A stretch of DNA of 64,000 nt from a virus. Lineage: Duplodnaviria; Caudoviricetes. Location of the stretch: positions 1 to 64,000 of IMG/VR virus record IMGVR_UViG_3300031992_000021. One strand, written 5' to 3'. The notes beneath the pieces are model-generated. The model made no database searches and had not been told where the DNA came from. It saw nothing but the letters and a program-made list of their open reading frames with translations. Shown here piece after piece: positions 37,422-46,743 of the stretch (position 1 is its first letter; every line of letters starts with the position of its first letter). Both the position numbers and the translations under genes were made by a program.

Positions 37422-39195
37422 TCTTGTGTTCCTCCAGGTAGTTCAGCACGGAGATGTTCTCCGGCAGAAGCGCGTTTACGTTCGTGACAGGTGTCCAGTA
37501 GAGGTAGCCGGCCTTCATTTCACGCCGATACAGGCACTCTTCCTGGGCGTCCCAGATGTAGCTTGAGGTGACGGACACGACAGATCTGACGGCGTTCGTC
37601 ATCGTATCCGGCGAGAGCGACTCGGATTTCTTGGCATAATCCATCGATATCGCCTCATCGAGGGTGTTCGTACCAATCCACACGTCGTGAAGACCGTTCG
37701 TCACTCCCAAGGTGATGGTCCCGTCGCCATGCGATCTCGTCTCGGGTCCGTTTACCGTGTTGAAACCTGCCGATATCACGACTGCACGGCTGTTCGTGTT
37801 CCACGCATACGTTCCGATCGATACGGAGTCTGTGACATTGGATGCGACATGTCCGCCAAGTGCGTATGTGCGGGTTCCAAATGCCTGCGATCCATAAATG
37901 CCGAAGATGCTCGTCGGACGCCGCCCCATGCCGAGCGCGACGGAACCCGGCCCTGCGTAGCTGTTGTATCCGATGGCCAATCCGTTCTCTTCGGCTTCGG
38001 CAAGCGTTCCGATGGCCGTTCCAAGATACGCCTTTGCCTTTGCTCCAGATCCTATGGCGATCGTGTTCGTCGCCTGCGCTTCCGCAAACGTTCCGATGCC
38101 TATCGAATTGAGATCCATTGCCTTCGCAGGGCCAAGTGCGAGAGCCTGAGGTCCTGTAGCCTCGGCGAAAGCGCCGAATGCGCTTGCATAGTTGTTGGAA
38201 GAGACGGCCTTGTATCCGACGGCAGACCCCCATGAGAAGAACGCCTGCGAGAACAGGCCGCCCGCGAACGCCTCGCTTGCAAGGGAGAGGTTGTTGAATC
38301 CGAGCGCTACCGCGTAGTCGGCCTTTGCCTCGGAAGTTCCGAACGCCATTGCGAAATCTCCGTTAGCTATGGCATATGGGCCTACAGCCATGGCATGTTC
38401 GCCTTCAACGGTGCTGTCATGTCCTACAAGAATGATTCCGTCGCTAGACTCGCTCCAGGTATTGTCTCTGCCTATTATGATATTGGAATTTGTCTGCCAC
38501 TCGTCGAAGTCTTCGATCAGGAGAAGCTTTGACAGATCAGGCTTGTCTGTAAGGTCGTAATACGCGCCAGATGTAGCCACTGCTGCGAACGACGGCTTAG
38601 ATCCTATCTCGGTCCACGTGTAGCTTGGCTTGGTCTGCGCCTTCGCCCACGGGTAGATCGTTGGATCGGATTCCGTGAACGAAGTGAGCCACGGAGGGTT
38701 GTATATCGCAGAAGGAGGTATTGCGTTCGTTGGGTATGGGAGCTTGTCCTGCTTCTTAGCAAGATGAGTGTATGCACCACCTGTCGTGAATTTAGTTGTT
38801 CCGCCCGATACAGGCGTAGCGCTGTCTCCGGTATTCGCAACGTTGCCAAGATCCACGTCAGACTTCCCGATCGTCACGGAGCCGGTCTTGCCGTTTACGC
38901 TTGTCACCGGAGCCGCAGGGACTCCGCTTATCGACGAGTATGGTATTGCGTTCGTCGGATACGGAAGTTTGTCCTGCTTTGCGCCAACCTTCTCGTCAGT
39001 CTCATCCTTGGTGTAGGTGTTATCCTCGATTGATTCTATTTTTCTCAGATTAGACGAGACCTCGTCCATTATCGAGTTGCTGACCGAAGTCACCTTCCGG
39101 TCGACATATTCCCTGGAGGCGGTGACGTTCACCGCTCCGTACGATTCGATTGCCGCGAACGCCAGAATCACAGCCGACATTCTGCAGAACCTCAT
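37414..39195 (-). CDS. fibre/adhesin with YadA-head (Hep/Hag)-like repeats
   Basis: ~14-aa repeats A.A.G..A.A; fibre motif VTSVNGKTG.V; KQDKLPYPTNAIP x2; signal-like N-terminus. Confidence 0.8.
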   Translation of the reverse strand: MRFCRMSAVILAFAAIESYGAVNVTASREYVDRKVTSVSNSIMDEVSSNLRKIESIEDNTYTKDETDEKVGAKQDKLPYPTNAIPYSSISGVPAAPVTSVNGKTGSVTIGKSDVDLGNVANTGDSATPVSGGTTKFTTGGAYTHLAKKQDKLPYPTNAIPPSAIYNPPWLTSFTESDPTIYPWAKAQTKPSYTWTEIGSKPSFAAVATSGAYYDLTDKPDLSKLLLIEDFDEWQTNSNIIIGRDNTWSESSDGIILVGHDSTVEGEHAMAVGPYAIANGDFAMAFGTSEAKADYAVALGFNNLSLASEAFAGGLFSQAFFSWGSAVGYKAVSSNNYASAFGAFAEATGPQALALGPAKAMDLNSIGIGTFAEAQATNTIAIGSGAKAKAYLGTAIGTLAEAEENGLAIGYNSYAGPGSVALGMGRRPTSIFGIYGSQAFGTRTYALGGHVASNVTDSVSIGTYAWNTNSRAVVISAGFNTVNGPETRSHGDGTITLGVTNGLHDVWIGTNTLDEAISMDYAKKSESLSPDTMTNAVRSVVSVTSSYIWDAQEECLYRREMKAGYLYWTPVTNVNALLPENISVLNYLEEHKND

Positions 39196-40715
39196 TTCTC
39201 CACTCCTTCCTGATCAACTCCGATGTTTACCTCGCCAGTCTCCTCGTCGGTGACGGCAAGAATCCTGTAGAACTTGCCGTCTCCCTCGTTCGGGACGAAC
39301 ACTCCGGGAACGAACGGGACGACTCCGCCGTCGGCGAGTATCGCGTCGAGCGCCCTCTCGATCTCCATTACCTTCACATACGCAGGATCTGACACGCCGA
39401 AAACCGTGAACACTCGGCCTTCGGTTGCTGATTCTACAAACCTGTACGTGACGACCTGACCTGCCGGCGCGTAAAGGGTCACGTCTCCGCCGGCGTAGTC
39501 CTTGAGGCTCGCCGACGCAAGTACGACAGGAACATCTTCCTCGGAGGATATGTTCAGGACGACATAGAAGTCCCTCGCGTTTCCTGTTCCGACGGAAGCC
39601 GGAAGTCCGAGCCTGATCGTCTTGTTTTCCGAGATGGTAGCCGTGACGACGTTTACGGTCCTGTCCTTCAGGTTGAAGAGCATCACAGTGCTGTCGCCAG
39701 ATGCCGAAGAGAGGATGTTCTCGACCCTGTACCTGATGTTCGGCTTGTTCTTGATGAACGCAGGATCCTCCGGATCCTCCTCGTTCCAGTCCGGATGGGC
39801 CTGAATCGAAGCCGCTGCGACTATCTCGTCCAGGTCGGCCTCTCTCCAGTCTTCGGCATTCCACTCTGCTCCCTGTGAGACGGCAGAGGTGCAGATGTAC
39901 AACTTGCCGCCGCGGGAACACTTGTCGCCTGCGGCATATCCGCTTTCCGACGTGTCGTACGCCTTCAGGAGCGAACTTCCTGGAAGGTATCCTGAGTCGT
40001 TCTCGAACTCGCTCAGCTTGGTCGGAAGGTCGTCCTCCGTGATGAATCCGGAGTCGTTGGTAAGCTGGCTCGTCTTGGACGGAAGCGATCCGGCAAGCTG
40101 CGCTATCCTCGTGGCGATCGAAAGCTCCACCGAAGCGTTTGTAGAGAAGATCGCAGCCGGTCCTCTTCCTGCAGTTGTGCATATCTGTAGGACGACGTCT
40201 CCAGTCTCATCGTCCCTCTTCCTGGCAAGCATCCCGACCGTGTAGTACTTGCTTCCGCTGTATGCAGGGGCGAGGTTCAGGAGCGACGCAAGGCCCTCGT
40301 TCGAGTAGGCAGACAGCATCGCGAGGATGACGTTTGCGCCAGCTGCTGTGAGGACCAGATCCCACTTTGACGGATCGAACGAAGACGAAGACGTGTGGGC
40401 GGCCTTGCACCGGTAGCCGGCTCCACCATGCTTGCAGTAGCTTCCTACTGAATATGACGTAGAGGCAGACCACGCGGACGAGTTGAACGCAGCGATCGCG
40501 TAAACTCCGTTCACGGCGTCCCAGATCGATCCGGATGCCTCCTCGACGGCAGACTCTACATCCTCCTGCGTTATGAAATCGGATGGCTTCTTGCCGCTGT
40601 CGAGAAGTGCTCCGTTAGTGCCGAACAAGGCGATATTTCCAGAGACGGCGCCAGAGGGCACTGTTGCGGCACCCTCTACGTCGCTCAAATACGCTATGTT
40701 CTCCTTCTGGGCCAT
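39192..40715 (-). CDS. tail-fibre-like protein with CBM5/12-like modules
   Basis: W.....Y.VG..C...G..YRC..AHT repeats; P.KTSQLTNDSGFI and DW...DP....FIKNKP fibre motifs. Confidence 0.75.
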   Translation of the reverse strand: MAQKENIAYLSDVEGAATVPSGAVSGNIALFGTNGALLDSGKKPSDFITQEDVESAVEEASGSIWDAVNGVYAIAAFNSSAWSASTSYSVGSYCKHGGAGYRCKAAHTSSSSFDPSKWDLVLTAAGANVILAMLSAYSNEGLASLLNLAPAYSGSKYYTVGMLARKRDDETGDVVLQICTTAGRGPAAIFSTNASVELSIATRIAQLAGSLPSKTSQLTNDSGFITEDDLPTKLSEFENDSGYLPGSSLLKAYDTSESGYAAGDKCSRGGKLYICTSAVSQGAEWNAEDWREADLDEIVAAASIQAHPDWNEEDPEDPAFIKNKPNIRYRVENILSSASGDSTVMLFNLKDRTVNVVTATISENKTIRLGLPASVGTGNARDFYVVLNISSEEDVPVVLASASLKDYAGGDVTLYAPAGQVVTYRFVESATEGRVFTVFGVSDPAYVKVMEIERALDAILADGGVVPFVPGVFVPNEGDGKFYRILAVTDEETGEVNIGVDQEGVEK

Positions 40716-40790
40716 TTAATTCCTCTTGAAAGTTCTTACCTTAATTATATCAAAATGACCGGATCGGTTCGGGGACCGACGGCATGGTTT

Positions 40791-41390
40791 CTAAAGAAGG
40801 CCTTCCTGCTGAATCGCAAGGTCTACCACTCCAGTCTTCTTGTCCGTCACGGCCACAATGCGGTGCCTGAGCCCGGTCTCCGAGTTTCTCGCGTACGGAT
40901 CGTGCGAGTTCTTAATGTCCGCCGGATTCTCCTCTCCGGCCGGCGTGAACTTCTCGGACGTTCCGTCGCGATAGGGTATGGAGTGCTGATCAGACGTAGG
41001 CATGTACTCGACAAGGAAGTTTCCGGACAGCTGCGTGTCGTATGAATACCTCATCCTGTCGCTTACGCGAAGGCTGAACATGTACGATCCGCGGCGAAGG
41101 GCCTTAGTCACCTCCCTTGGAATCTTCACATGGACTAGTCCTGCGTGGTGGTCGTCAGGGTACACTCCAGACATCCACTCCCCGGTCCATATGGGAGGCG
41201 AGAACTGGTTTTCAGAGAGGACGAACTCCACATGGCTGTTCTTTGGCGAAGCCGGACCGCAGTCTGCTGCGACAAGCCTCGCGTCGACAATCCACGTGTC
41301 TCCCGACACCACCTTGAGTACAGGCATCCTGTCCTCGCTTCGGAGAGGATTGACACCTGGCGGAACGGGCTTCATTCCCTTGACGAACAT
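40791..41390 (-). CDS. BppU-like/baseplate-associated protein
   Basis: V..GDT...; V.I....T..L..G.Y.F..R pattern. Function is inference. Confidence 0.55.
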   Translation of the reverse strand: MFVKGMKPVPPGVNPLRSEDRMPVLKVVSGDTWIVDARLVAADCGPASPKNSHVEFVLSENQFSPPIWTGEWMSGVYPDDHHAGLVHVKIPREVTKALRRGSYMFSLRVSDRMRYSYDTQLSGNFLVEYMPTSDQHSIPYRDGTSEKFTPAGEENPADIKNSHDPYARNSETGLRHRIVAVTDKKTGVVDLAIQQEGLL

Positions 41391-41557
41391 CTCTCGGTCT
41401 CCTTCTTGGTCTTGAAAAGGAAGAACTTGCAGCTTTCGGCAATTCTTCCTGCGCATATCACCTGTGCGGTGACGGGGCAATACCTGCGACTGAAGTCATA
41501 ATCGGATATCCTTCCGCAGTTTCTGCATATCCTTGGCGGCTGTTTTTCATTCTGCAT
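41372..41557 (-). CDS. small Cys-rich (zinc-binding) protein
   Basis: CRNC...YCPV...C...C; AAAGGA RBS. Confidence 0.55.
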   Translation of the reverse strand: MQNEKQPPRICRNCGRISDYDFSRRYCPVTAQVICAGRIAESCKFFLFKTKKETERCSSRE

Positions 41558-41569
41558 CTAAAATCCTTT

Positions 41570-42184
41570 CTACGATGCTGACGAGCTCGACGAAGAGCTA
41601 GACGAAGAGCCCGACAGGTTCCTTATGCGGTCCAGGAGCACGCGAAGCGTACCCTTTACATCCTCAAGCGTATCCCCGTCCTGCACCGAGAGATCCGCAG
41701 CAAGAGCCGCCACGTCGGATTTCTTGACAAGCGACATTATTCCTCCGAGCGCGGCATCTATCATTTCGAGCTTGCCGACTACGGACTGGTCTAGCGATAT
41801 CTGTATGTACCTGCGCTCCTCGCCTGACGAGCTGTCGGTTACGTACACTTCATCGACAGAGACCTCGCCTTGGGTACCTCTAAGCGAGTTCAGCAAGTCT
41901 GCAGACCTGGACGCCGCTATTTCGGCGATCGTCTTTCCGCCAACCTTGAGCTCCCCGTCCACGTTCACGGTGTCGGCCTTAAGGTTGATGGCCTTGCCTC
42001 TACCGCCTCCCTTTGAGACTGTGAGCGTATCCCCTCCGTTCCCTCCGTAGTCGAGAACGGGGTTTTTGTCCGTTGACAGGATCCGCTTGACGAACTTCTT
42101 GTAGCGTCCGCCCTCGCGGACGTTGCCTGCCACGTCTATGAGGGCTCCTGTTGCGGAATCGACGACCAGTACAACTCTTGCCAT
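41570..42184 (-). CDS. hypothetical virion-associated protein
   Basis: 204 aa, poly-Ser C-terminus, AAGGAG RBS. Confidence 0.7.
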   Translation of the reverse strand: MARVVLVVDSATGALIDVAGNVREGGRYKKFVKRILSTDKNPVLDYGGNGGDTLTVSKGGGRGKAINLKADTVNVDGELKVGGKTIAEIAASRSADLLNSLRGTQGEVSVDEVYVTDSSSGEERRYIQISLDQSVVGKLEMIDAALGGIMSLVKKSDVAALAADLSVQDGDTLEDVKGTLRVLLDRIRNLSGSSSSSSSSSSAS

Positions 42185-42199
42185 GGCTGCTTGGACTCC

Positions 42200-44008
42200 T
42201 TACATTTGACCCTTCATCTGCTCGAGCATCATGGCTCCGCCCTGGCTTCTCGCCTGCGAACGGATGTCGTTCATGATTCCCATGACCTGGTCGTGCAGCG
42301 TCGGGTTGGACTGCTTGATCTTGATCAGCATTCCGCGGCGCTGCGAATCCGGCATCGCGAGGAGCTGCTGGGCGTATGCCTCGGCCTGAGCCCTCACGTC
42401 TCCAGGCGTTGCGCCTACGCTGCCTCCAGGAACCCCTGCTGCGTCGGCATCCTCGTCCTGCGGGCCGCCGTTGAGCTGCTGGGCCTGCTGGGCCGCCATG
42501 GCACGCTGCTGGATGTTCTGTATCTGCTGCTGCTCCGTGACGACCTTCTTCTGCTCGTCCATGTAGTCGAGGTCCGCGACCGTCCTGTAGGCCGTGCCCT
42601 TCGAGATGTCGCCTGCAGCGGCGGCCTGAAGCATGAGAGCCTTGCGCTCGATGTCGTCGGCGAGGGTTGTGGTCTGAAGGCTTCCGGTGATGTCGTCCCA
42701 GTGCAGGTGTCGTGCGATCTTGCCGAGGGACCAGTCAACGACGTCGTTGAAACCGTCTACCATGAACTGGTACTGCTTCTCGAACACGCGAATAGCGACC
42801 GGGGCAGTCTGCATCGTCAGCTTGCCGGTGTACATGTCCTCCGGATATCCGATCGCGTTGATGAGGTCTGTCATCGCCTGCTGGAGATTCTCCTTGGGGG
42901 CAAGCTGCTTTCCTTCCCCACCGAGCATCTGGTAGTTGATCGGGTAGGGTGCAATCTGGACGTCTGTGATGTTCTTTCGCTTTCGCTGGACCATCGCCTC
43001 CATCGCCGCCACGAACCCCCTCATCGACGCCATGGTGAGCGCGTCCTGTCCGTCAACGTTGTTCTGCGGGCTTGGCGATATCACGCGGAACGGGGTTATG
43101 AAATCCATCGCGATCGCCTCGTCGTACCTTCGCATGAGCTGGACATAGTATGCGAGCTTTAGGTACGGCAGAAGAGGAGGCATTCCCCATCCGTACATCT
43201 CGATCCCGGCGAGGGCGGGCACTTTTATGTGAAGGATGCTGTCGTCCTTGAACTTGAAGAGCGGAGTGCCAAGCCCCATCCTCGTGCAGCATGCCTCGAT
43301 GAAGTCCCACGGGGCTTCGTCGACATAGAACCGGTCGACGATCTTTCCAGACGTGATGTGGGATACGAGCTTGTCTTCGTCGAGGCGGTAGTAGTATTCG
43401 GTCTTTCCGGAAACGGGATGCACCCTGAGCTCGAAGCGCTTGGGGTTCCACCTGCGGATGCAGATGCGCGACTGGTCCGGCGAAGGGTAGTCGAACCGGT
43501 TGAACGTGACCTTTTCGCCGCATCTGTAGCATTTGCCGGAGAAGGTCATCGTTCTGGGATCGAACCTGTAGTCTATCTTCTTCGCCATGTACCTCGTTCC
43601 GCATTTCGGGCACGTGAGCACGCGCTCGAACGGAAGGTAGACGCTCACAAACGAGTTCCCGTACACGAGGAGGTCGTTTCCGATCTCACCCAGGCGGTCG
43701 AGAAGATGCAGCTGCCGGCGTATGAACTTCTCGTACTTCTCCTTGTTGGCGCCGGACGCGCCTGTGATGCCTATGCTCGTCAGAAAGTACCTCACCACGC
43801 GGTTCGTCACGGACGCGAACGGAGGAGTCGTCGTCATCATGTACTCGCTGATGGTGAAAGCGTCGTATATGTTAGTCGGGAGAAGCGAGCCGAGCACGTC
43901 GTCGAAGATGTCGGGGAGGTTCTGGGCGTTCTCCCTCGATATCCCGGCCGCTCCGGTCGTCCCACCGAACACGCGTGCGAGCCCGTAGTTCTGCGTGAAT
44001 CCGGTCAT
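42200..44008 (-). CDS. putative portal protein with zinc-ribbon insertion
   Basis: 602 aa; D.LVYGNSF, YGWG.PP, Gln-rich C-terminus as in large-phage portals; CPKC...CYRC insert. Confidence 0.55.
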   Translation of the reverse strand: MTGFTQNYGLARVFGGTTGAAGISRENAQNLPDIFDDVLGSLLPTNIYDAFTISEYMMTTTPPFASVTNRVVRYFLTSIGITGASGANKEKYEKFIRRQLHLLDRLGEIGNDLLVYGNSFVSVYLPFERVLTCPKCGTRYMAKKIDYRFDPRTMTFSGKCYRCGEKVTFNRFDYPSPDQSRICIRRWNPKRFELRVHPVSGKTEYYYRLDEDKLVSHITSGKIVDRFYVDEAPWDFIEACCTRMGLGTPLFKFKDDSILHIKVPALAGIEMYGWGMPPLLPYLKLAYYVQLMRRYDEAIAMDFITPFRVISPSPQNNVDGQDALTMASMRGFVAAMEAMVQRKRKNITDVQIAPYPINYQMLGGEGKQLAPKENLQQAMTDLINAIGYPEDMYTGKLTMQTAPVAIRVFEKQYQFMVDGFNDVVDWSLGKIARHLHWDDITGSLQTTTLADDIERKALMLQAAAAGDISKGTAYRTVADLDYMDEQKKVVTEQQQIQNIQQRAMAAQQAQQLNGGPQDEDADAAGVPGGSVGATPGDVRAQAEAYAQQLLAMPDSQRRGMLIKIKQSNPTLHDQVMGIMNDIRSQARSQGGAMMLEQMKGQM

Positions 44009-44009
44009 G

Positions 44010-44207
44010 TCACACCATCCTGTCAGATTTCTCGTCCTCCGCCAAGGCCTTCTTCTCGAAAGAAGTCACGGAAGCGTCAGAAGCCTTCTTGACGCGTCCC
44101 TGGCCGAACGCCTTTGCGCCGGCGGCCAGGACGTCGTCGATGTCGGACGCACCCTCCATAGGCGTCCTCGAGCTTGTCACAAAATTTCTCTTCTCCATCA
44201 TGGTCAA
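44010..44207 (-). CDS. small hypothetical protein
   Basis: 65 aa, AAGGAGG RBS. Confidence 0.65.
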   Translation of the reverse strand: MTMMEKRNFVTSSRTPMEGASDIDDVLAAGAKAFGQGRVKKASDASVTSFEKKALAEDEKSDRMV

Positions 44208-44217
44208 CCTCCTTCTT

Positions 44218-45546
44218 TTATGCAGACCTTATCACAAGCCTGCCATCTTCCACAGATACTGCATATTCAGTTCCAGAATCCGGATCGTACACGGTCATCA
44301 CGTCTACGGGATCCGAGGACGAGCTTTCGTCGTCGGCTCCGGCGATGTACATTCTGCCGTTCGACACTCCAAGCATGTAGAGCGCACCGTTCACCGTGTC
44401 ACGAAGAAGAACCACGCTGTCCGGAGGCCTTGGCGGAGTGGCGGATCCGTCGGACACCACGAGATATCCGTACGCGTCGATCTCTATCCTGTATCCTCCG
44501 AGAGCCAGAGAGTCCATCCGCAGCTCCTTCGTGCGAACGGAATCTGCGACAACCGTCTTCGCCGTGACCGAATCGGCAACGATGTTCTTGCCGCGGTCGA
44601 AAAGTCTCTTTATGCTCTCCACCAACACCCTGTCGCGCATCCTGAGGTCGAATACGCCGAAGCTGTCTCCGCTCGAAGAGGTCTCTGACACGTCGACGAA
44701 CGACGACGAGTCGATGTCTATCCCGGAGCTGTCAGCCGTTATCTTGGAGATCCTGACCTTGCGCCGGCCAAGACGTCCGACTGCATCTTTTACGGTATCG
44801 CCCTTGACTCCGGAGGTGTTTCCGATGCGCGAGTCCTCGGACAGGAATGCGACAGTGCCGGCGTTTGTCGAATCGACGCGGCAGTCCGAAGCGATCGACA
44901 CCTTTGACCCGGAACCGACGCTGAGCTGGTGGACGTAGGTCTTTCCGATGACGACGGCGTCGGCTCCGGTGGATACCGATATCTCGCCCGCCATGTATAC
45001 GTTCTGCAGGAACAGGACCGGGCGCCTTCCTCCAGAAGCGGAGGACATGCCGTGTATCGAGAACGTCGTTATGTTAGACGCGAAAATGCAGTTTCCTGTT
45101 CCGATGAGGTATACGCTCAGAGGAGAACGTCCTGACGGGAATCTCATCTCCGTGTCTTCGTACTTGCCCGGAGCCAGCACGAACGCGACGTATTTTCCAG
45201 ACTTCGCGTCTTCGGTAGGAGAGAAGTTGGCCGCGGCCTCATCTATGCTCTTGAACGGAGCCACGACCGATCCGACCCTAAGCCTTGTGCTTCCGTCCGC
45301 CGCATATTCCTCAACGTCCGTGTACGGGTCGACGTATGCGACGTTCGACAGCGTCGGAATCGATATCTGGGCCGCCTCTGGCGGAATGAAATTCGCGTTA
45401 AGCCTTCCATTGGCGTCGAGTACCGGCAGGAAACCTTCGTATTTCGACGCATCCTCGCCTGCCGGTATGAACGATATCGCGCCCTTCACCCCAAGAGAGG
45501 CTATGATGTTTGCGGCCGTGGGAGTCTTCTGTGTTGCTTCAGCCAT
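44218..45546 (-). CDS. fibre/spike-like protein
   Basis: P.LDANGRL; YVD...GS...PFKSI..A...LAPG.Y (beta-helix-type N-cap motif). Confidence 0.6.
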   Translation of the reverse strand: MAEATQKTPTAANIIASLGVKGAISFIPAGEDASKYEGFLPVLDANGRLNANFIPPEAAQISIPTLSNVAYVDPYTDVEEYAADGSTRLRVGSVVAPFKSIDEAAANFSPTEDAKSGKYVAFVLAPGKYEDTEMRFPSGRSPLSVYLIGTGNCIFASNITTFSIHGMSSASGGRRPVLFLQNVYMAGEISVSTGADAVVIGKTYVHQLSVGSGSKVSIASDCRVDSTNAGTVAFLSEDSRIGNTSGVKGDTVKDAVGRLGRRKVRISKITADSSGIDIDSSSFVDVSETSSSGDSFGVFDLRMRDRVLVESIKRLFDRGKNIVADSVTAKTVVADSVRTKELRMDSLALGGYRIEIDAYGYLVVSDGSATPPRPPDSVVLLRDTVNGALYMLGVSNGRMYIAGADDESSSSDPVDVMTVYDPDSGTEYAVSVEDGRLVIRSA

Positions 45547-46033
45547 TTTCCGGCTCCTTCCTCAGCTCCCTGGTGACAAGCTTGAATCCATCCTCGATTC
45601 CGTGCTTCTTGAAAAATCCCTTTTTGACTTCTACGGCCGACGCTGCGTTTTCATCGTATTCGTAGTGCTCCTTGCCGCCATCGGCCTCCATCGTGCATAT
45701 CTTGACGATGATCCCATCCTTGTCCATGAATGCTATGTCGAGAGGAATAAGGCATCCCTTCATCCAGAAATAGCCTCCTCCGGACAGCCCCTCGAACAGC
45801 ATTCCGCAGACAGACGGAAGATCCTTCCGTCCCATGAGTCCGTGCATTCTGGACTCTGGCGTGTCCGCAACCTCCAGAAGGATGCTCGTTATGGAGTCCT
45901 CTTCGTCCTTGAACGTCCCTACCCTGGAAATCCTTACAGGAGGGCGAGGGTTTATCTCCGGTGCGCCCTTGATCTTGGCGACGCCAGAGATGCGCTTCGT
46001 CATCGAAGCACCCTTATGGAAGAAGTCTATCAC
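45539..46033 (-). CDS. DUF192 (COG1430) family protein
   Basis: LEVADTP..R..GLMGR..L....GMLF......FWMK....PLDIAF.D..G.I; .EV..GF...HGI..G. Confidence 0.9.
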   Translation of the reverse strand: MIDFFHKGASMTKRISGVAKIKGAPEINPRPPVRISRVGTFKDEEDSITSILLEVADTPESRMHGLMGRKDLPSVCGMLFEGLSGGGYFWMKGCLIPLDIAFMDKDGIIVKICTMEADGGKEHYEYDENAASAVEVKKGFFKKHGIEDGFKLVTRELRKEPENG

Positions 46034-46743
46034 GACGCACCCTCTGTGTCTTCGTGCAACGCCCTCATGACCCCCTTTTCAAGCACCACGTCGTCCACAT
46101 TCGAGAGGCCCGGAAGGGAATCGAGCTGCTTCAGGCATATTACGATTCGACGCTTCAGAAGGTAGTCTATGTTGGCGATGTTGTTTTCAGCGGCGGTAGG
46201 AAGCTCGGACTCTGGACGTCCAATCAGGTCGGAGAGCTGGCTGCGCACTTTCACGTCCGACGGCTTGCGGTCGAACACGCATGAGAATATTGGCGGAAAC
46301 TGCTCGTCGTCGTAGCCGTCCTTGATGATCGACAGCCTCACGAGCTCCTGTACGGACGGAGCGAACGGAAGCATGTCCCGGTTCATTCCGACCGTCGCTA
46401 TCGCAACTGCCATCTCCTCCGCCTTGAGCGGAGTGAACGTCTGGAAGAACGGCTGTCCGTTGGCTATCGTGTTGACGATGTTCCTGAACGCGTCAACCCT
46501 CCTGAAGAAGTCGCCGGTGCCCATGACGATCTGCATGGCGCATATCTTGTCCATGACCTCGCTTGCCGGAGTGACGCCGAAGTCGTCCTGAATCTCCATC
46601 TGTATCGTGAGAGGATCCCAGTCGAGGGCCTCCTCTCCGTACTTTGAGAGCACCATGGCGTTTAGCACCGTGGCGTCGGCCTCGGGATTCTCCCACATTT
46701 CGCGCCATGCGGCCGAATCTACGGTTTCGTCGGGAAAAGGCAT
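46030..46743 (-). CDS. hypothetical protein
   Basis: 237-aa ORF, coupled. Confidence 0.8.
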   Translation of the reverse strand: MPFPDETVDSAAWREMWENPEADATVLNAMVLSKYGEEALDWDPLTIQMEIQDDFGVTPASEVMDKICAMQIVMGTGDFFRRVDAFRNIVNTIANGQPFFQTFTPLKAEEMAVAIATVGMNRDMLPFAPSVQELVRLSIIKDGYDDEQFPPIFSCVFDRKPSDVKVRSQLSDLIGRPESELPTAAENNIANIDYLLKRRIVICLKQLDSLPGLSNVDDVVLEKGVMRALHEDTEGAS

